Assembly: GCA_963663865.1 (NCBI GenBank)
Contig: OY760686.1
Coordinates: 2,048,001-2,112,000, forward strand
DNA: 64,000 nt
Origin: Spirochaetota bacterium
GTDB lineage: Bacteria; Spirochaetota; UBA4802; UBA5550
Direction: 5' to 3'
In this document: positions 58,544 through 64,000 of the stretch, piece after piece
Position numbering within the stretch: position 1 is the first letter of the stretch
Layout: each line of letters begins with the position of its first letter
Program-made: the position numbers and the translations under genes
The notes under the pieces: generated by a model
What the model was told of the DNA's origin: nothing
The model's input: only the letters and a program-made list of their open reading frames with translations
The model's database searches: none

Positions 58544-58581
58544 AGATAAAGAGGGCCTGCTCGATTCAGACCTCTTTATCT
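58544..58581. terminator. Bidirectional terminator
   Basis: AGATAAAGAGG...CCTCTTTATCT between convergent genes. Confidence 0.75.
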
Positions 58582-58599
58582 CATAATTAAGATTACCAG

Positions 58600-59349
58600 T
58601 TATTTTTTTACTGTAAAAGCTGACATAATATCAATGGGTATAGGGAAGAGCGTAGTTGAGTTGTTTTCCGAGGCAACCTCCCGCAGTGTCTGCAAATACC
58701 TCAGCTGAACTGAAACCGGATGTTCTTCCATCATCTTAGCTGCCTCGACCATCTTTTCGGCAGCCTGGAACTCGCCTTCAGCATTGATCACCTTCGCCCT
58801 TCTTTCCCTCTCTGCTTCAGCCTGCTTGGCCATTGCTCTCTGCATTTCCTGAGGAAGATCGACATGTTTCACCTCAACCGCCGATACCTTGATTCCCCAC
58901 GCGTCTGTTTGAACATCAAGGACGTTCTGAAGTTCGGAGTTTATCTTTTCCCTGTGACCCAAAAGATCATCAAGCTCGACCATTCCCAATATACTTCTCA
59001 GCGTAGTCTGTGCCAGCTGAGAGGTAGCATAAAGATAATCGTCCACCTCGGTAATCGCTCTATTCGGGTCAACTACGCGAAAGTACAAAACGGCATTCAC
59101 CTTCACTGAAACATTGTCTTTCGTGATAATATCCTGCGGAGGAACATCCATCGCAATAAGCCTTAAATTCACCCTCTCCCATTTATCAATCAGCGGAATA
59201 ATTACAATTATTCCTGGCCCCTTGGACTTTTTGAGAAGCCTACCAAGTCTGAATACAACCGCCCTTTCGTACTCCTTTACAATCTTAACTGAAAGCAAAA
59301 CAAGTATTACAGCAAGAATAACCAGTGTCGGCACAAATCCCAGTGTCAT
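58600..59349 (-). CDS. Slipin / stomatin (SPFH) family protein
   Basis: [41 protein letters not shown]. Confidence 0.94.
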   Translation of the reverse strand: MTLGFVPTLVILAVILVLLSVKIVKEYERAVVFRLGRLLKKSKGPGIIVIIPLIDKWERVNLRLIAMDVPPQDIITKDNVSVKVNAVLYFRVVDPNRAITEVDDYLYATSQLAQTTLRSILGMVELDDLLGHREKINSELQNVLDVQTDAWGIKVSAVEVKHVDLPQEMQRAMAKQAEAERERRAKVINAEGEFQAAEKMVEAAKMMEEHPVSVQLRYLQTLREVASENNSTTLFPIPIDIMSAFTVKK

Positions 59350-59395
59350 AATCCCCTCCAGAGTTATAAATATAATATTGGATTGCTAAATCCAT

Positions 59396-60736
59396 TCACT
59401 TCCTGTTCACAACAAGCAACATCCCCCTTACTTCCTTGACTGTTAGCGGATCGCCTTTTTTAATACCAATTTCATCAGATTCTGCGTTCCATATTTCACC
59501 ATGAACAGATACCTTCCCCCTCCTGTCTGAAAAGTCAAGATATGCGGAGCATTCAGAGTTAACCATTCCCTCAGCTCCGGTCGAAACCTGCTCTTTATGC
59601 GCCTTTATACCGAGCCTGAGCACCAGAAAAACAAAAGCAAGAATAAATATCACAGCCGCAACTATCGACTCCAACGGGAGCCTCCCTCCGGCAAGCGGTG
59701 AATCAAAAAGAATCATTGAGCCAATTACAAATGCCACAACACCTCCCAGGGTCAAAAGCCCATAGCTGATAAACTGCACTTCAAGCACGAATAGAACAAT
59801 TGCAAGGAGGATAAGAAGAACGCCAAAAGCATTAACAGGCATAAACCTTGATGCAAGGAGAAATAAAAGCAACGATATTCCCCCCAGCGCACCCGGAACA
59901 ATCATTCCCGGGTTCTTTAGCTCCATCCATATCCCGGCGACAGCTATTATTAAAAGGAAGAATATTACCTGAGGATCAGCAAACCTGTTCAGGAAACGAT
60001 CCTTCCAGTCCATAGCAATAAACTCGGCTTCCAGAGAAGAAGTACTAAGTGTGATGCTCCTTTTCCCGATGTTGACTTTACGACCGTCAAGTTTTCTTAA
60101 TAAATCGCTCATGTCGTCTGCAATCAAATCGACAACACCGAGAGACAGGGCTTCCGAGTTTGTATTCGATACCGCTTTTCGAACAGCTTTTTCTGCCCAT
60201 AAGACATTTCTACCCTGCTTTTCAGCAAGGCTTCTGGCGTAGGCAACCGTATCGTTAAGGACCTTCTTTTCCATTGCGCCTTCCGGATCACCGTCCCTGT
60301 CTTTTTTCATAAAATCCAGCGATGGTGATACGGGATGCATCGCACCGATTTCTGTCCCGGGAGCCATTACCGCCACATGAGCAGATAGCATAATAAAAGC
60401 ACCAGCTGAGGCAGCCCTCGCGCCTTTTGGATAGGTATAAACTACAACAGGAACATCTGATGAAAGTATAGCCTTAATTATATCTCTCATCGGCTCCATC
60501 ATCCCGCCGGGGGTATCAAGCTGCAAAACGGTAAATTGAGCTCCACCCTTTGCAGCGTTATTGATGGCTTTTACAGCGTAGTCCGCCGATACTGCGTTAA
60601 CTGATCCGGTCAGATTTAAAACAGCATAGTGTTCTTTTCTATTAGTTTCTTCATCAGCAGACACCTTGCCTGAAATCATAAGAAATACGGAGCCTGATAA
60701 TAGTACAAAAATAAAAACAAATCTTCTAAATTTCAT
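59396..60736 (-). CDS. nfeD: Long-form NfeD membrane-bound serine protease
   Basis: LDTPGG, ARAASAG, APGT.IGA.HP, four TM helices, C-terminal OB domain GEIW.A. Confidence 0.92.
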   Translation of the reverse strand: MKFRRFVFIFVLLSGSVFLMISGKVSADEETNRKEHYAVLNLTGSVNAVSADYAVKAINNAAKGGAQFTVLQLDTPGGMMEPMRDIIKAILSSDVPVVVYTYPKGARAASAGAFIMLSAHVAVMAPGTEIGAMHPVSPSLDFMKKDRDGDPEGAMEKKVLNDTVAYARSLAEKQGRNVLWAEKAVRKAVSNTNSEALSLGVVDLIADDMSDLLRKLDGRKVNIGKRSITLSTSSLEAEFIAMDWKDRFLNRFADPQVIFFLLIIAVAGIWMELKNPGMIVPGALGGISLLLFLLASRFMPVNAFGVLLILLAIVLFVLEVQFISYGLLTLGGVVAFVIGSMILFDSPLAGGRLPLESIVAAVIFILAFVFLVLRLGIKAHKEQVSTGAEGMVNSECSAYLDFSDRRGKVSVHGEIWNAESDEIGIKKGDPLTVKEVRGMLLVVNRK

Positions 60737-60757
60737 AATCTACCCACCAGAAAAGCA

Positions 60758-62182
60758 TTAACTGCCACATGGAATCCCTTCGACCGAACGGGACGAGCTC
60801 AGTCTTTCTTTTAGCCTGTCGTAAATACCATCGAATCCGCCATTTGACATTATGAGATATACTGATTTAACTCTTCTACAGTTGAGAGTCGTTAAACTAT
60901 CTATAATTGGATTGATATCGTCATATATTGAAGCTTCAATCCCCATACTGTTTATATCAGAAGCAACTTTCTCAATGTCGAGCCTTTCATCCTCTGGGAT
61001 TGAATTAATGCCATAAGGCGTCTTAAGAATTACCCTGGCCGCATCCGCAAAGGATGAGGGCAAATCATTTTGAAAAACCTTTCTTCGGCTTGTCGCAGAA
61101 CGGGGCTCATAGACAGCAGTAATCTCTGACTCAGGATACCTCTTTGCCACGGCGCTCATTACAGCTTTGATGGCAGTAGGATGATGCGCAAAGTCCTCCA
61201 GAACAGTCAGATACTCATCGTGAAATATTACTTCCTGCCTGCGCCTTACTCCCTTGAATTCAGAAACGGCTTGCGCAGCCAATTCGGGCCTGACACCCAT
61301 CTGAAGCGCCATTCCAACAGCCGCGGCAATATTTGAGTAATTGTATTCGCCATGCAATGTTGTCCTGAGTTGAAGCCTGCCGTGCGATTTTGTTTGCATC
61401 TCTAAAAGAGACCACATGCCTTCAAAACACTGAAACGTGATCTCAAAATCAGTTGAACTGTTTCCGTAAGAATAGACCGGCCCAACCGCGGCAGAAGCTA
61501 CATCCTCAAGATTATGATCTTGACCGGAATAGACAATTTCACCTGCGGATGGTATTACATTAACAAGCCATTTGAACCACTTTTTTATCTCCGCCAAACT
61601 CCCGTAGATATCGGCATGATCGAATTCAAGAGAAGTCATAACCAGGTGCCTCGGTCTGTAGGAAATAAACTTTGGATACTTTTCAAAGAACGCAGAATCG
61701 TATTCGTCCGCTTCTATTACAAAATGACGTCCTTTCCCCAGGCGATAATTTGCTCCGTAATTAGATAAGACAGCCCCGACAAAAAAAGAAGGATCTTCGC
61801 CTGCATAATCAAGAATAAATGACAGTAGTGCTGCAGTTGTAGACTTTCCGTGAGTACCGCAAACGGCGACAACCTCGCGGCCTTCCAAAAAAAACTCCCT
61901 CATCATAGCCGCAAAAGATCTGTATGGTATATTATTGTTCAGAATATACTCAACCTCAGGGTTTCCTCGACTGACCGCATTACCAATAACTGCGATGTCC
62001 GGGCTGCCAACATTCTCAGGGGAGAATCCTGTGTAAACAGCGATTCCGACTTCTTCCAAAAGAGTGCTCATGGGGGGATATATACCAGAATCGGAACCTG
62101 CTATTATATGTCCGCAATCCCTCAGCATACATGCAAGCGTTCCCATAGCAACACCACATATGCCTACTATGTGTATATTCAT
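60758..62182 (-). CDS. mpl: UDP-MurNAc:L-Ala-gamma-D-Glu-mDAP ligase (murein tripeptide ligase)
   Basis: IHIVGICGVAMG, YPPMS, GTHGKSTT, EADEYDSAFF, DFAHHPTAI, EPRS, MSNGGF. Confidence 0.88.
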   Translation of the reverse strand: MNIHIVGICGVAMGTLACMLRDCGHIIAGSDSGIYPPMSTLLEEVGIAVYTGFSPENVGSPDIAVIGNAVSRGNPEVEYILNNNIPYRSFAAMMREFFLEGREVVAVCGTHGKSTTAALLSFILDYAGEDPSFFVGAVLSNYGANYRLGKGRHFVIEADEYDSAFFEKYPKFISYRPRHLVMTSLEFDHADIYGSLAEIKKWFKWLVNVIPSAGEIVYSGQDHNLEDVASAAVGPVYSYGNSSTDFEITFQCFEGMWSLLEMQTKSHGRLQLRTTLHGEYNYSNIAAAVGMALQMGVRPELAAQAVSEFKGVRRRQEVIFHDEYLTVLEDFAHHPTAIKAVMSAVAKRYPESEITAVYEPRSATSRRKVFQNDLPSSFADAARVILKTPYGINSIPEDERLDIEKVASDINSMGIEASIYDDINPIIDSLTTLNCRRVKSVYLIMSNGGFDGIYDRLKERLSSSRSVEGIPCGS

Positions 62183-62193
62183 AACTCTCCCGC

Positions 62194-62559
62194 TCAGTTG
62201 GTATAACCCGACCATTTACCGCAATAGCCTGGTCTGAGAATTATGATTTTCTTCAAAGGATTGTCCTTTATCTTTAGAAATGTAACCTTAACCTTCTGAC
62301 AGAGAGATACCTTCAAAGACATGGGCTTTCCGCTCTTGTTTTCCACACGTGTAGATTCAAGAATTCTAAACTTCTTTTCTACAGCACCGCTTTTTATCTC
62401 AAGCTTGCTTTGATCAACATAGACCACTATCCCCTCAAATTCATCTTCCACCACTTCAGCATTCTGCGCATAGAGCCCGGAAAGCAGTGTAAAAAATAAA
62501 AGCAGCAGTGTAAAAATCATATTTTTTTTCACGACACACCCCTGTTTACAGTAATTCAA
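62194..62559 (-). CDS. Hypothetical exported protein (OB-like)
   Basis: Signal peptide ending LYAQ; short beta-rich body. Start uncertain. Confidence 0.6.
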   Translation of the reverse strand: MNYCKQGCVVKKNMIFTLLLLFFTLLSGLYAQNAEVVEDEFEGIVVYVDQSKLEIKSGAVEKKFRILESTRVENKSGKPMSLKVSLCQKVKVTFLKIKDNPLKKIIILRPGYCGKWSGYTN

Positions 62560-62642
62560 AATATAATCATCTATCGATAATAACTGGAAAGTACCAGCGA
62601 TTATCTCTTAATTCTATTGACAACGCATGCAAGAACTTTACG

Positions 62643-63218
62643 GTGACCAGTTACATTTTAACACATATATGGAAAAATATCAAGGAGATTCTCACAATAA
62701 GCGTTATGATTATTTTTTCACTAATCACATCCCTTCTGATAAGCACTCACTCGATTCCATCTCTTCTTAATATCAATTGGGATGAAAGCTTTGAAGAGAT
62801 TAGAGTGAGGACGGAATCAAAACAAGGCTTTCATGTTTTCAAGCCGTCGGAGAAATCAGGATACAAAAACAGGATTTATGACCATGTAAAGGCTATATCC
62901 TCAGAATCAGCCAATTTATCAACCGTTATAGAATACGGACATAATCCATCAACAGACTGCCTTTTTATAAAAAAAAGACTCGTATCCGTTATGTATATCT
63001 GGAAAAAACAGAGTCTCAGTGATACTAACAGACTAAAAAAAGAAATTGAAAAAATTACGGGCAAACCTGTCTCCGATAAAACGAAAGCTTCCCATTACTC
63101 TTATGAAATAAAAGGCATGAAAGCTTTTCTCCAAATACGTCTCGATGGAAACGGGGGTTATACATGCAAATTCCAGGCCTACACAAACCGTCTGTTTAGA
63201 ATTTTAATGTTTGATTGA
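62643..63218 (+). CDS. Hypothetical membrane-anchored/exported protein
   Basis: N-terminal hydrophobic segment; start uncertain. Confidence 0.55.
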   Translation: MTSYILTHIWKNIKEILTISVMIIFSLITSLLISTHSIPSLLNINWDESFEEIRVRTESKQGFHVFKPSEKSGYKNRIYDHVKAISSESANLSTVIEYGHNPSTDCLFIKKRLVSVMYIWKKQSLSDTNRLKKEIEKITGKPVSDKTKASHYSYEIKGMKAFLQIRLDGNGGYTCKFQAYTNRLFRILMFD

Positions 63219-63341
63219 TAGATTTAGCTTTGGATTGAAAATTTATTTAATTTTCATTTTTGATCCTTAATTATTGTTGACAGTTTTCATATCTGATTAC
63301 ATATATCCATACATATCAACATAAAATAAAAGGTGCTCAAA

Positions 63342-63620
63342 TTGGCTAATATAGATTCACAGAAAAAAAGAATCCGACAAGATGAGAAGAGAAAAGCTAA
63401 CAATTCTCATGTACGTTCAACTCTTAGAACTGCCAGCAAGAAGGTTTTAAAGGCAATAGAATCAAAGGAAGAAACCAGCAAAGATATTTTGGTTCAATAT
63501 TTCAATTCCTATGTCAAGGCCATTGACACAGCAGCAAGAAAGGGTATTTTACATACAAATACTGCTGCGAGAAAAAAATCTCGACTCGCCAGAAAGATTA
63601 ATACCTATTCACAGGCTTAG
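63342..63620 (+). CDS. rpsT: 30S ribosomal protein S20
   Basis: MAN..S.KKRIRQ...N...RS.LRT, ID.AA.KGILH.N.AARKKSRL; TTG start after AAGG. Confidence 0.96.
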   Translation: MANIDSQKKRIRQDEKRKANNSHVRSTLRTASKKVLKAIESKEETSKDILVQYFNSYVKAIDTAARKGILHTNTAARKKSRLARKINTYSQA

Positions 63621-63628
63621 GAGAGAGT

Positions 63629-63907
63629 TTGACAAAAACCGAGATCATTAATACCATCTCGTACAGGTATGGTATTAAAAAGTCTATAGTTCAGGAAATT
63701 ATCGATACTTTTCTTGACGAAATAAAAAGTAGTGTTGATAATGACGAAAGTGTTGAGATAAGATCATTCGGTACTTTTTACAAAGCGGAGAAAAAGGCTA
63801 GACGGATTCAATCTCCCATAGCCGGGAGAGAGATTGAAGTCGAACCGAGGTCAGTTTTAGCTTTTAAAGGTAGTAAATCTACTGTAAAAATAATAAAGGG
63901 CGCTTAG
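63629..63907 (+). CDS. HU/IHF family nucleoid DNA-binding protein
   Basis: MTKTEII, V.I..FGTF...AR....P..G..I.V......FK; GGAGAG RBS; stop lies within tRNA-Val. Confidence 0.9.
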   Translation: MTKTEIINTISYRYGIKKSIVQEIIDTFLDEIKSSVDNDESVEIRSFGTFYKAEKKARRIQSPIAGREIEVEPRSVLAFKGSKSTVKIIKGA

Positions 63908-63970
63908 CTCAGCTGGGAGAGCATCTGCCTTACAAGCAGAGGGTCGGCGGTTCGATCCCGTCAGCGCCCA
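63898..63970 (+). tRNA. tRNA-Val (anticodon TAC)
   Basis: GGGCGCTTAGCTCAGCTGGGAGAGCATCTGCCTTACAAGCAGAGGGTCGGCGGTTCGATCCCGTCAGCGCCCA; CCA not encoded. Confidence 0.96.
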
Positions 63971-64000
63971 AGAAACTTATAAGAAAACCTGTTCAAAAGA

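Noticed and set aside
1-64000. CRISPR arrays, rRNA, transposases, alternative genetic code
   Set aside because: No regularly spaced repeats, rRNA motifs or transposase ORFs seen; conserved genes end normally at TAA, TAG and TGA.

Overview
Gene-dense, AT-rich bacterial core-genome segment, probably from a spirochaete (inferred from gene content; not provable here). It has about 60 CDS, mostly housekeeping: aroE fragment, folC, gpsA fusion, rpoD, dnaG, pepA, trpBA, hisI, ssb, queA, xerD, mgtE, asd, aspC-like, sppA, asnS, glmM-like, secA, hflX, nadA, nfeD/slipin, mpl, rpsT and HU/IHF. It also has three tRNAs (Ala-CGC, Asn-GTT, Val-TAC) and a type A RNase P RNA. I saw no CRISPR array, prophage, transposase or defence island. 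The best candidates for new biology are small regulatory features absent from the ORF track. (1) An MgtL-like Pro-Asp-Pro leader peptide plus a cascade of competing helices ending in an anti-Shine-Dalgarno sits upstream of mgtE. (2) The HU/IHF stop codon lies inside tRNA-Val, so RNase P processing would create a non-stop mRNA. (3) A PTS EIIA domain is fused to a CT398/HP0958-type C4 zinc ribbon. (4) An FNR-like box sits at the class II -41.5 position before a FrdX-like ferredoxin. (5) Three sigma28-like promoters with the same 16-nt spacer precede non-flagellar genes. All calls come from reading motifs by eye; no database searches were run.
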